Assembly (NCBI RefSeq): GCF_009914755.1 | Contig: NC_060926.1 | Length of the DNA: 64,000 nucleotides | Strand: one strand, 5' to 3' | Source of the DNA: the human T2T-CHM13v2.0 reference genome, Homo sapiens | Part shown: piece by piece, positions 13,025 through 26,240 of the stretch | How positions within the stretch are numbered: position 1 is the stretch's first letter | Layout: every line of letters begins with the position of its first letter | The notes under the pieces: model-generated | Database searches by the model: none | What the model was told of the DNA's origin: nothing | Seen by the model: only the letters and a program-made list of their open reading frames with translations | Position numbers and translations under genes: made by a program

Positions 13025-13576
13025 TATGGTAGACATCCTCTCACATGGCCCCCAGTTATTCCTACCTCATGGTATTAGTCCTTTTGTATACCCCCTTTCA
13101 CATTGATAGGACTCACCCATGTCACTGATAGTATATTATGAAAATGATGCATTATTTCTAAGTGTGAGTCATAAAGGACATTGCAGCTTCTGCCTTGCTT
13201 GCTTGGACCATTCACTCTTCGAGAAGACATACACTTAGAACATTCAGGACACCCTGTGGAGAAGTCCACCTGGTAAGGAATGGAGAACTCCTGCCAACAG
13301 CCATCATGAACTCCCATTTATATAAGTGAACCACCCTGAAAGTGGCTTCTTCAATCCTAGTCAAGCCTTCAGATGACTTAAGCCTAGCTAAGATGACTCA
13401 AGTCTAGCTAAGGTCTTGACACTGCAATTTTGTAAGAGATCTTGAACCAGAACGACCACCTAAGCCACTCCTGGATTCCAGACCCACAAAAACTATGGAA
13501 GATAATAAATGTCTGTTGTTTTAAGACACTAGAGGGTTATGGAGTATTTTTTCTGCAGCAATAGATAAATAGTACG
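13025..13576 (+). mobile_element. MaLR solo LTR (MLT1F-like)
   Basis: tatggtagac...atggccccca start, agtcaagccttcagatgac, ataataaatgtctgttgttttaag and gcagcaatagataa end. Confidence 0.85.
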
Positions 13577-14794
13577 ACCTCTATTATAATATACTGTCTC
13601 CCATTTCCTAACCCTTCTTGGGAAGATCTTGACTTCTCAACCAGATTACAAACTCAAGGGCAGGGGTCATTTCTTGTGTCTCTTTGCATATGTACACACA
13701 CACATACACACACAAATACACATATATATGTGTGTGTATACATAGACCATGTGTCTGGTGAACATGTGTGAATGAATGAATAAGCACAGTATATCCCACT
13801 AGGTAAGCTTTCAGAATATTGCATTCAACCAACAAATGTATCTCTTATTTCAAAATTCAGCTTGTGAAAACTTCTCTCACAATGAAATATTTGAGAAAAG
13901 CTGTGTTTGAAGCCATTTTGAAACCAACCTTCTTTCTCTCCCACCCATTTCGCTGCCTCTCTGGTGTTGCTTGTTGGCTTCTGAAATGTAGGTCACCTCC
14001 AGTGGCATGACCTAATTAGGAGATGTAATTTAACAGAAAAAATAAAATAAAAGAAATCCTCTGAGATGGCAGATTTGAAAGAAAGAAGAGTGGTTCTTTC
14101 ATTTTGTTTTTGGCAATAGCTTCCCTACTAAAGTTCTCCCCTTTCCACCCCCCCAAGCTACTTTGTAAAGCACAAAGAAGAAAGGTAGAAACGCATTCAG
14201 GAGCAGCTGGAAATGATGAATTTATAATGATCACAGAAGGACTAAGAGTAAGCTTTACTTCACTAAAGTGGCTCCACGGGGCTGCTTCTTGGCAGCACAA
14301 TGAGTGAGACTTTGGAGGAAAACGTATTGATGATGCTGATACAAAGTACCACACGCTCTGAGGATAGAAGGCAACCTTATGGCTCATCTAATCCAACCCC
14401 TCAGGAAATGCTGTGACACCTGGTGTGTTTGTAACACAATAAAACTCCACACACAAATTATCCAAACAATAGATTTTTTTCTTTATACATTTGGCACTCT
14501 TGTTTTAGAAGAGAGAAAAATGGCAAGCAAGCTAAACAAATTTTAATAGTTCATCACAAAATTCACTTGCAGGGGATGTCATCAGGCCAGGTTGGATTCA
14601 ATCCATCTCCCTCACCTCTTCCTCTCAGAGGCATGATGCTTGGTTACTGTAAAATGCTTAAGTGCTTTCTGAATCACCCCAGAAACACTTAACTACACTG
14701 ATCATAATTGAATGCATTATTAATTCTTTATTTGAAACTGATATTTCATGTTTATCATTAGATAATTTCATTTATCCATCCAGCAAAACTCAAA

Positions 14795-14942
14795 AGCCTG
14801 CATAACCTGCCTAGTGGTTGACATTTATTCCCATTTTACAGAGGCACAGAAAGGCTAAGTACTCACATAAGGTCAAACAGCTGATAAAAGATGAAACCAA
14901 AAAGCAAACCCAGGCAATTTGACTACTATGTTCTTAATTCCT
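14795..14942 (-). mobile_element. MIR fragment
   Basis: ttattcccattttacagaggcacagaaaggctaagt...aaggtcaaacagct...aaacccaggca. Confidence 0.8.
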
Positions 14943-14951
14943 TACATTACT

Positions 14952-14954
<3 letters not shown>

Positions 14955-14982
<28 letters not shown>

Positions 14983-15882
14983 TTTTTGCTTTCAAGTCTT
15001 TGTTTTTATTCAACTTTTATTTTAAGTTCTGGGGTACATGTGCAGAATGTGCAGGTTTGTTACACAGGTCAATGTGTGTCATGGTGGTTTCCTGCACAGA
15101 TCAACCCATCACCTAGGTATTAAGCCCAGCATCCATTAGCTATTCTTCCTGATGCTCTCTCTCTCCCCTTTCCCCACCCCTAACAAGCCCCAGTATGTGT
15201 TGTTCCCTGCAATGTGTCCATGTGTTCTCATCATTCAGTTTCCTCTTACAAGTGAGAACAAGCGGCATTTGGTTTTCTGTTCCTGCGTTCGTTTTCTGAG
15301 GATACAGCTTCCAGCTCCATCCATGTCCCTGCAAAAGACAAGATCTTGTTCCTTGTTATGGCTGCATAGTATTCCATGGTGTATATGTACCACATTTTCT
15401 TTATCCAGTCTATCATTGATGGGCCTTTGGGTTGATTCCATGTCTTCACCATTGTAAATAGTGCTGCAATGAACATACGCATGCATGTATCTTTATAATA
15501 GAATGATGTATATCCCTTTGGGTATACAACCTGTAATGGGATTGCTGGGTCAAATGACATTTCTGCTTCTAGATCTTTGAGGAATTGCCACACTGTCTCC
15601 ACAATCCTTGAACTAATTTACATTCCCATCAACAGTGTAAAGGTGTTCCTTTTTCTCCGCAGTCTTGTCAGCATCTGTTGTTTCTTGACTTTTTAATAAT
15701 CACCATTCTGACTGGCGTGAGATGGTATCTCACTGTAGTTTTGACTTGCATTTCTCTAACGATCAGTAATGTTGAGCTTTTTTTCATGTTTCTTGGCCAC
15801 ATGAATGTCTTCTTTTGAGAAGTGTCTGTTCGTGTATTTTGCCCACTTTTTAATGGGGTTTTTTTTCTTGTAAATTTATTTA
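14955..15882 (-). mobile_element. 5'-truncated primate L1 (L1PA8-11-like): ORF2 C-terminus and 3'UTR with (TTTA)n tail
   Basis: ORF 15246-15602 translates to the L1 ORF2 C-terminus (FDPAIPL...MFIAALFT...WIKKMWYIYTMEYYAAI); 3'UTR ggtacatgtgcag...ccattagctattcttcctgatgc. Confidence 0.95.
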
Positions 15883-15890
15883 CATTTCTC

Positions 15891-16108
15891 TTTTTTTTTT
15901 TTTTCTGAGATGGAGTCTCGCTCTGTCACCCAGGCTGGAGTGCAGTGGCACAAACTCAGCTCACTCCAGCCTAATTTTTTTAATTTTTTAGTACAGATAT
16001 GGTTTCACCATGTTGCCAGGCTGGTCTCAAACTCCTGGCCTCAAGTGATCCACCCACCTCGGCCTCCCAAAGTGCTGGGATTCCAGGCATGAGCCACTGT
16101 GCCTGGCC
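15891..16108 (-). mobile_element. AluS-type element with about 80 bp deleted from the right arm
   Basis: Poly-T then gagatggagtctcgctctgtcacccaggctgg; after tcactccagcc it jumps to the linker; left arm ends gcctggcc. Confidence 0.95.
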
Positions 16109-17918
16109 TACATTACTTTAAATTAACTATAAAACTATTATTCTTTATCTACTTGGAATCTATGGGAGTTTTCTGTGTAGACAGTATATCCATTTATCCC
16201 TACAAGTAACTTCCTAACTGTAGGAAAGAACCCCAGTCATTTTTTGCCTTTTTTTTCATCCCATCACACTCATGGGAGATGTCCCACTACCACTGATACC
16301 CAAAGTTCATCCACCACTCTCCATGTTTCTGAACATGGGATTTTGATATGCTCTCCTCCTACCCACTTTCTATTAAGAATTCCTACCCTATCATTGGGAA
16401 GTTTCACTGAGCATGAGGAGCTCTGCAGATTCACTTCTCAGTGAAACTGATAAAAATTATTTTTGAAAACAATAATTTAAGGTCTCTGCAAATAGCCTTA
16501 CCAAAATATAGTAAATGAAGAAACATTTATTCTTGAAAATCTACTAAAACTAAAAAGTACAAGTGTTAGTAATATTCGAACCAAGACCAACATACTTCCT
16601 TCCCTCTCCCAGCTCAGGAAGGTGGAGATTTCACTCCAAACTGCAGCTGAAAACAAAGGGCTTCTTCTCCCTCCTGCTACCAGTCTGAGGGCTATTTTCC
16701 TGGGAGGAGTAGGGCATTTGGTATTTCTCATCTTTACTCCAGCTTTCTGTTGCTGAGGCTAAGTTTTGGGTGAGTGTGGCCAAAAGGTGAGGGTTCCCTT
16801 CTGCCCAGCAGCCCCCACTGCTATGAGAATACTGACGCCCTATCTTGGGGATGCTGCTATGAGAGTACTAGGGCCCCAGTTGTGCTTATCTTGGCTTGTA
16901 ACACTGGGATTCCATGCCAAAAGTGGCAGCCTGGTGCTGCACCCTTCTCATCCACTAAGCACTCAGCTTCTAAAGCAAGAATGTCACTCAGAGGAAAACA
17001 CACTGTGATCCCTGCCCCCAACACCAGAACCTGGATCACAGATTTTGTTTGAGGGAAGAAGCAGGTCATAGAACAGAGAGCTCCAGATCTCTCCCCAAAG
17101 GAACTGACTTTAATTCAACAGCGTGTGAAAGAGTACAAGCCTAAAGGTGCTCTCGAAAGCAGTGGCAGTTGTGATGTAAGGCAATTTGAAGTTGATTGAG
17201 AGTTGCTGGACATTCAGACAAAGCTGTAGGACAGCTAGTTTGCTGGAAAGACATGAAGAAAGTGACATCTTACCTTCCTGAGGTAAGAACAAATTGCAAA
17301 TATCTGGCCTCAGAACTTTTCCTTCAAAGGAGCCCAAATCTGATTGGATTAGGCTGTGAATCAATTTATGCCTGGGGCATTGTTGAAAACAGAGAAATCA
17401 AGCTGGAAATTAATAAAGTTTAAAGTTGTGTCTGGTCAAGGAAAGAGAAAAACAGTCAAAGTAAGCCCAGTTAAAACCACTATCATTGCAGGTGACTGTG
17501 GGCATATCTAACATTACACCCCTGAAGAGCAACATCAGAGACTTCACACTGCTAGAGGGATGAAATGGGAAGGAGAAATAGATTTTACTAAAGTAATTCA
17601 ATCAATCATTAAAGAAGTAAACAAGCAAATAATAAAAATCCCCAGAGAGGCTGGCACTTAGGGTTGTTACAGTATATTATCCCAAATGTACAGTTTCCAA
17701 CAACAAAAAAAGATACATGCAAAGAAATAATAAAGTACAATAATAATAATATAATAAAACATGACCTGTATACTGGGGTAAGGAGGGGAGAGGTGGCAAC
17801 AAAAATTGACTATGAACGTGATCAATTGTCAGTTTAACAGAAACAGGTTTCAAAGTGGCAATTATAAACATGCTCATAAAAACTAAAGGAAACCATTATT
17901 AAAGAAATAAAAGTAGAT

Positions 17919-18230
17919 GCTTGGTTCAGCAGCTCATGTCTATAATCCTAACACTCTGGGAAGCTGGAGAAGGAGGACTGCTTGAGGAAATGAGTTAGAG
18001 ATCAGCCTAGGCAACATAGTGAGACCCTGTCTCAAAAAAAAAAAAAAAAAAAATTAAAATTTGCTGGGCTTAGTGGCATGCACTTGGAGTCCTAGCTACT
18101 CAGGAGGCTGAGGTAGGAAAATTGCTTTAGCATAGGAGTTCAAGGTTACTGTGAGCTATGATTGTATGATTGTGCCAGTACACTCCAGCCTGGGTGACAG
18201 AGTTAGACTCTGTCTCTAAAAAAAGAGAAA
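17919..18230 (+). mobile_element. AluJ
   Basis: Diverged dimeric Alu with J diagnostics (ggcaacatagtgagaccctgtctc, gagctatgattg). Confidence 0.93.
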
Positions 18231-18524
18231 GAAAGATAGGTATGATGACAATTTTGCATCAAATGGTGAATATCAATTAAAAGATAGACATTCTATTTTT
18301 TTTAAAAAAAAGAACCAAATGGAAATTCTGGAGTTTATAAACACAATAACTAAAATGAACATTTCACTAGAGGGACTCAGTCTTAGATGTGAACTGGCAG
18401 GAGAAAGAAACAGCAAGCTCAAAGCTATATTGATAGAGTTTATGCAATCTGAAGAACAGCAGGGAAAAAATAATGAAAAATGAACTAAGCATCAGAGATA
18501 TATAGAATGCCATTAACCATACTA

Positions 18525-18911
<387 letters not shown>

Positions 18912-19891
18912 TCAGAAAGCTCAATGATCTCCAAGTAGGATAGACACAGAGAGATCCACAAATAGATGGTAAAAATATTGAAAGCTGAAGACAAGGAGAA
19001 AATCTTGAAAGCAGTAAGGAAAAAAAAAAAAAGACACATTACTCATAAGGAAACCCATATTAGGTTAACAGGTGTGTTCTTAACAGAAACAATGGAGGCC
19101 TGAAGGCAGTGGGATAACATTCAAAGTGTTCAAATAACCAGGAATCCTACAACCAGCAAGGCTGCCTTTCAAAAATGAAGGTAAAATAAAGAATAAACAA
19201 AACCTGAGAGAATCTGTTGCTAGCCAATCTGCCTCATAAGGAGTATTAAAGGAAGTTCTTTAGGCTGAAAGCAAGTGACTCCAGACAGTAACTCAAATCC
19301 ACATTAGAAAATAAAGAGCACTGGAAAAAGTAATTATGTAATTATAAAAGACATTAGAAATGCATAGTTCTGGTTCTTTCTTCTTTAAGTGATTTAAAAC
19401 ACAATTGTCTAAAACAATATGCACATAATGTATTGTTGGGCCTATAACATGCAGAAAAGTAATATATTTACCCACAATGGCACAAAGAAGGTAGATGGGA
19501 AAAAAGCTTATTGGGCAAAGGAAATGACTCCAGATGGTAACTGGAATCCACAGGAACAAAAGAAGAGAAACAGAATGATGAATAAGAAGATGAATATAAC
19601 AAAAGTTACAAATATATACTTGTTCTCCTTCTGTTAGCTGTTTTAAAAGACATAAAGTAAACAAATATAACAATGTATTATTGGGATTGTAACATTTATA
19701 AATGTAATATGTATGATAATAATACCAAAGGGGGAAAAGGAATACAATTATAAAGGAGTAACATTTCAATATTTCATGGGGATTAACTTAATATAAATCT
19801 GAAGCTATTTCTGATAAGTTAATATGTATATGGTCCCTAGAGCAACCAGTAAGGAAATAACTCAAAACATGAAAATACAAAAATCAGTAAA

Positions 19892-20170
19892 GCTGGATAC
19901 ATGACATTATGCATTTATTAAAACCCACAGAACAATACAATACAACACAGAGTAAATGCTAATATAAACTATAGACTTTAGTTAATAATTAGTATCAATA
20001 TTGATTCATAAATTGTAATAAGTGTCCCCTAGAAATGCAAGATATTAATAACAGTGGAAATTATATGGTGGTGAAAGACAGGTTAAATGGGAACTCTTTT
20101 ACTTTTGGCACAATTTTTCTGTAGACTTAAAACTACCTTACAAAATAAAAACCTATTAGAAAAAAAAAAT
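19892..20170 (+). mobile_element. L1MC (L1MC2/3-like) 3' end nested in the long L1
   Basis: ggatacatgacattatgcattt...aaactatagactttagttaataat...aataaaaacctattag plus A tail. Confidence 0.8.
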
Positions 20171-21945
20171 CTCAAAGTCTCTGACCAATGATTTTTTAAA
20201 ATTATTAAATAAATTTAAGTGGTATATTAGAAAATCTCTACTTAATGCTAATAAAAGCACTAAAAGACGAGTAGAAGAATGAAGAAGGCATGAGAAGGAA
20301 AACAAAAAACAGCAGATGTAAGCCCAACTATATTAATATTAATCTTAAATGTGAATGGATTAAACACCCCAATTAAATGTCAGAGATTGTCACACTAGAA
20401 AAGTCCAACCCTACACTGTCTATAGGAGACATATTTAAGATTCAAAGATTAAAATATATTGAATGTAAAAGGATGAAAAAATATTATGAAATAGTAACCA
20501 CAAGAAAGCTGGAGTGGCTATACTAATATCAGGCAAGACAGACTTTAAAAGGAAAAAAAATTACTAGAGATAGAGAAGGTCATTTTATAATGATAAAAGG
20601 AGCAATCTATGAGGAAAATATAAAAATTAGGAACATACATACATTTAACAAGAGAGCAGCAAAACAAAAGGAGCGAAAACTGACAGAAATGAAGGGGGAA
20701 ATGAACAATTAAAAAAGACAATAATAAAAGGAGAAATTCAATGATAATAAGAAACTTAAGTACCCCACTTTAAATAATGGATTTAAAAAACTGGGCAGAA
20801 GATCAACATTTCAACAACACTATAAACCAAATAGACCTAACAGACATCTGTGAATAACTCCACCCACCCCAAAACAGCAGACTATAGATGATTTTCAAGT
20901 GCTTAAGGAACATTCTCCAGGAGAGAACATAAGCTAGTCCATAAAACAAACCTCAACAGAGTTAGAGGAATAAGTATAGCCCAAACTACGTCCTCCAAAT
21001 ATGATGGAATGAAGTACAGAAATTAGTAACAGAAGAAATTTTGGAGACTCTGAAATATTTGGATATTAAATAACATACTCCTAAAAAACCAGTGGGTGAA
21101 AGATAAATCAAAAGGTAAATTAAAGAAGATTTTGAGATAAATGAAAATTAAAACATAGCAAAATCATGAAATATAGCTAAAGCAGTGTTCACAGGGAAAT
21201 TTATAGCTTTAGATACTTAAAAAAGTAGGATCTCAAATCAATAACCTAACTTTCCACCTTATCGCACTGAAAAGAAAAGCAAATTTTCATGCCCAAAGAC
21301 AGCAGAAGAAAGGAAATAATAAAGATCAGAGGAAAAATTAATGAGAGACAATGAGAAAAATAATAAAGAAAAATCAATAAAACCAAAATCTGCTTCTTTG
21401 AACACAACAAAATGGACAAACCTTTAGCTTTGTCAAGAAAACAGGAGAGAACACTCAAATTACTACAATCAGAAATGAAAGAGGGGACATTACTACCAAC
21501 CATACAGAAGTAAAAAGATGTATCAAATAATACTATAAACAAATATATGCCAATAAACTGGACCACCTAGATGAAATAGACAAACTCCAAAAAGGAAACC
21601 GACTGAAGAACAAACAAACAACCTTAATAGACCAATAACAAGTAAAAAGATTGAATCGGTGACCAATAAACTACCCATAAAGAAAAGCCCAGGCTCAGAT
21701 GGCTTCACCAGTGATTTTTATGACACACTTAAAGATTAATACCAATTCTTCACAACTCTTCCAGACAATAGAAGAGGAACACTTCCTAATCCATTCTGTG
21801 AGGCCAGGATTACCCTGATGCCAAAACCAGACAAAGGTATAACACAAAAAAAGAAAACTACAGACCAATATCTCTTATGAATATGGATTTAAAATTTCAA
21901 CGAAATACTAGCAAACTGAATCCAGCAGTATAAAAAAAGAATTGT

Positions 21946-22224
21946 ACACCTGTAATCCCAGCACTTTGGGAGGCCGAGGTGGGTGGATTGCTTGAGTCCA
22001 GGAGTTCAAGACCAGCCTAGGCAACATGACAAAACCCCGTCTCCACTAAAAATACAAAAATTAGCCTGGCACGGTGGTGTGCGCTTATAATTCTAGCTAC
22101 TCAGGAGGCTGGGGCAGGAGAATTGCTTCAATCTGGGAGGCGGAGATTGCAGTGAGCTGAAATGGCACCACTGCACTCCAGCCTGGGTGACAGAGTGAGA
22201 CTGTCTCAAAAAAAGAAAAAAAAA
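21946..22224 (+). mobile_element. Alu (old S / Jb-like), slightly 5'-truncated
   Basis: cacctgtaatcccagcactttgggaggccgagg...ggcaggagaattgctt...A tail. Confidence 0.95.
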
Positions 22225-24579
22225 ATGAATAGCATGACTAAGTAGCATTTATCCTAGGAATACAAGATTGGTTTAGCATCCAAAAATCAATAAATACAAT
22301 GCACCTTATTGAAAACAAAAACAAAAACCATATGGTCTTTTTTTGTCAAAAAGCCATTTGACAAAATTCAGCATGCTTTCATGATAAAAAATATTTCACA
22401 GACTAGGAACGGAAGGAAACTTCCTCCACCTGATAAAAGGAACCTACAAAAACCCACAGCTAACATCATATTAATACTTAATAGTAAATGTCTACATACT
22501 TTCTCCTAAGATCAAGAAAAAGACAATGTCTGCTCTTGCCACTTCTATTCAATATTGAACTAGAGGTTCTAATCAAAGCAACTAGATGAGAAAAATAAAT
22601 AAAATGCATCCAGATTGGGAAAGAATAAATAAGACTATGTCTATTCACAGATGACATGAACTCGTATTATAGAAAATCCTAAGGAATCCATGAAAAAAAC
22701 TGCTGGAACAAACAAGTTCTGTAATGTTGTAAGATACAAAGCCAATATTCAAAAATCAACTGTATTTCTATACACTTGCAACAAAGTATCCAAAAGTGAA
22801 ATAAAAAAAAACAATTCCACTTAAAATAGCATCGAAAATAATAAAACATGTAGGAATAAATTTAATGAAAGGAGTACAAAACTTACACACTGAAAACTAT
22901 AAAATATTGTTGTAAGAAATTAAAGAAGATCTACATAAAATAGAAAAACATTTCACTTTGATGAATTGAAGGATTTAATATTGTTAAGTTGGTAATACTC
23001 CCCAAACTAAGCTACAGATTCAACAAAATCCCTATCAGAATCCCAACTGGCTTTTTTGTAGAAACTTGCAAGGCAATTCTAAAATTCATATGAAATTGGA
23101 AGGAGTCAGAATCACTAAATTCATCCTAAAAAGAGTAAAGTTGGAGGATACACACTCACCAATTTCAAAACTTACTACAAAACAACAGTAATCAAGACAG
23201 TATGATGCTGACATATAGTTACAAATAAACATGTACACCAATGGATTAGCACTGACTGTCCAGAAGTAAACCCATGTGTCTCAACTGTCTTTCTACAATG
23301 CCGAGACAATTCAATTGGAAAAAAATAATACTTTTAACAAATAGTGCTGGAACAAATGCATAGCTACAGGCAAAAGGATGAAATAGGACCCTTACCTTAA
23401 AAGTTAACTCAAAATGGATCAAAACCTAAGTATAAAAGCTAAATTTCTAAGACTTATAGAAGAAAATATAGGGGTAAATCTACCTGACCTCAGATTTGAC
23501 AATGTATTCTTAGATACCACACCAAAAGCATGATCAACAAAAGAAAAAATAGGTAAGTTGGACTTCATCAAAATTTAAAACTTCTTTGCTTTAAAGAACA
23601 CTGTCAACAAAATGAAAGGACAACCCACAGTATGGGAGAAAATATTTACAAATCACATATAAGGAACCTGTACACAAAATATATAAGAAGTCTTCCAACT
23701 CCTTAATAAAAAGGCAACTTGGTTTTAAAATGTGCAAAGGATTTGAATAAATGTTCTCCAAAGAAGATACACAAATGGCCAACAAACACATGAAAAGATG
23801 TCCATCTATTAGTCATCAGGTAAATGTAAATCAAAGCTACCAGATGTCACCACACACCAAGATGGCTAAAATCAAAAAGTTAGGTAATAACAAGTATTGG
23901 TGAGGAGATAAAGAAACCAGAACCCTCATATACTGCTGGTGGGAATGTAAAATGGTACTGCTGCTTTGGAAAACAGTCTGACTCTTCCTAAAATTGTTAA
24001 ACATAGTTTGTCATACAATCCAGCAATTTTATTCTTAGGTATATACTAAGAAAAATGAAAATGTATGTCCATACAAAAACTTGTACATAAATGTTTATAG
24101 CAGTGTTATTCATAATAGCCAAAAGGTAGAAATAGCCCATACATCCATCAATTGACGAATGGATAAACAAAACGTGGTATATGTATACAATGGAATATTA
24201 TTAGGCCACAAAAAGAAAGGAAGTATTGATACATACTACAACATGAATGAGCTTTGAAAACACCATGTTAAATGCAAGACGCTAGTCACAAAAGGCCACA
24301 TATTATATGAGTCCATTTATATGAAATGTCCAGAGTAGGCAAATCTACAAAGACAGAAAGTAAATTAGTGGTTGCTTATGGCTGGGAGAAATGAGGAGTA
24401 GGGGAGGGTGACAGCTAAAGGGTAGAGGGTTTCTTTCTGAGGTGAAAAAATTATCCTAAAATTGACTGTGGTGATGGTTGCACACATCTGTGAATGTACC
24501 AAAAACCATTGAATTGTACAATTTAAATGCATGAATTCTATGGTATGTGAATTATATATCAATAAAATTATTGTAGAAA

Positions 24580-24960
24580 ATTCAACGGCATTCTACAAAA
24601 TGTCTGACCAGTATTCTTTAAAACTCAAAGTCATCCAAAACAAGAAAGGTCAGAGAAACTGTCACAAACCAGAGGAGGCTAAGAAAACACCATGCTCAAA
24701 TGTCATGTGGTGTCTTGGATGGAATCCTGTAACAGAAAAGAGGCATTTGGGAAAAACTAATGACTCCTGTATAAAAGGTGGAGTTTAGTCAATAATAATG
24801 TACCAGTGAGGCATCTTTACTTGTGACAAATGCGCCCCCAGTAAGGTAAGATGGTAACAACATGGAAACTGGGCGAGGTGTATGCAGGAACTCTTGGTAT
24901 TATTATTGCAACTTTTCTATAAATCTAAAGCTACCTCTAAAATAAAATGTTTATTTAAAT
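24580..24960 (+). mobile_element. L1MC3/4-type 3'UTR end
   Basis: ttctacaaaatgtctgaccagta, gagaaactgtcaca and gcaacttttctataaatctaaa...aataaaa. Confidence 0.8.
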
Positions 24961-25155
24961 TTCAAGGAAAGGAATCCCTACCCTAGCTCAGTGTTTCCCA
25001 ACTCCTCTTATTTTTAGGAGTTAGCTATAGAAGACCACGAGCCTCCTTTGTGGAGGGGCCAATGAAAGGTTGTTAGGGGTGAATGCTGCTCGAAAGGGCA
25101 GGGAGGAGATGGATTACACTGCTGGACATCATTTAAAAGACAGAGAGGAAGTAGT

Positions 25156-25182
25156 AAAAAAAAAAAAAAAAAAAAAAAAAAA
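25156..25182. repeat. Poly(A)27 mononucleotide tract
   Basis: Read directly; not attached to a recognisable Alu or L1 end. Confidence 0.95.
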
Positions 25183-25679
25183 GCGTGGCAGAGGCTGTCA
25201 CCTAATCCTGGTGGCCAAAGTTGAGCCTTGGCTGCAAACATTTAGGAGGTTAGAGAAGAGCAGCTGGAAAGGAGGAAGGGGTCTGGCTGACTGATGGAGG
25301 GGGCTAGGCCAGGATGTCGGGTGTCAGATGGGTTGTCAGCGCAGAAAAGGAGCAAAGAAGGCACAGGAGCCACAGCACCTGCTCCAGGTCATGTAGATTG
25401 TCATTTTCTCCTCACCAGATAATTATTTACAAGTGTCCATTTCTCACAAAGCACAAGAGCAGATAGAGATGACCATAGACACCTTTTCTCCTGGTAATTC
25501 CCACTGGACTAATGTCCTGAAAGGCATACGTACTTTGTGAAATGTTTTTTGAGGACACAGCCTTACAGGAATATCTTATAAACATAAGATTTCATTGCCA
25601 AAACAAGCAAATGTTCAGAATGTAGGACTCTAATAAAAATAGCAAGACGAGAATCTGATCAGAATATAGAAGAGAAATC

Positions 25680-25795
25680 ACTTAGGCATTTTATTGGGCA
25701 TTTACTACAAATTGTGTCCTAAGTTGGAGGCTGGGGTAGGGGGTAGAGGACAAAAATCATCTCTCCTGGCCCCTGAGAAACTCACAATCAAGGTG
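25680..25795 (-). mobile_element. L2 3' fragment
   Basis: gcattttattgggcatttacta...tcctggcccctgagaaactcacaatc. Confidence 0.55.
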
Positions 25796-26026
25796 AGTCT
25801 GTATGAGAGGGGAGGAGATGAGGAAGACAGTGGTCCAGAAGAGAGATAATTTAAAAAGGAAGAAAGAAAAAGAAAAAGAAAAAATCACAATACAAAGCCA
25901 AAGGGCTAATCATAGAGATCTAAGCCGACCTCTCGCCCCTCCTGCAAAAACTCGAAGTCAGAAGAAAACCTACCCAGGGGGTATGAAGTGTAGAGGAGAC
26001 ATGAGAAGCAGTAATCTTGGCTGACC

Positions 26027-26240
26027 CTCACTGAGCATTCACTGTGTACCTGTAGGAACCATGCTAAGAACTTGACATGCCTTATGCCATCTAATGACAC
26101 AACTCTACAGGAAAGCACATTTTAAATCCCCATTTTCTAAATTGTGAAATTAGAGTTCAGCAACATTCCATGACTTGCCCAAGGACACAGAGATAGGAAA
26201 TATTGGAACTGAGGAAATCAGTCTTTCTCTAGATCTATGG
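26027..26240 (-). mobile_element. MIR
   Basis: cactgagcattcactgtgt...atccccattttcta...tgacttgcccaaggacacag. Confidence 0.8.

Larger units (their letters stand above)
11235..13783 (+). mobile_element. Fragmented L2 (pieces at about 11235-11410, 12210-12510, 12950-13024, 13600-13783) split by younger insertions
   Basis: Collinear L2 motifs: ctctccctcactcc, taaaatccaaactccttagcatg and gggcaggggtcatttct...tgaatgaatgaataa 3' end. Confidence 0.65.

Noticed and set aside
15246-15602. 118-aa ORF with real protein-like sequence
   Set aside because: It is the C-terminus of L1 ORF2 in a truncated L1PA copy, not a host gene.
19293-19769. Longest ORF in the track (158 aa, hydrophobic)
   Set aside because: It is antisense to the A-rich L1 inter-ORF region, so the composition is an artefact.
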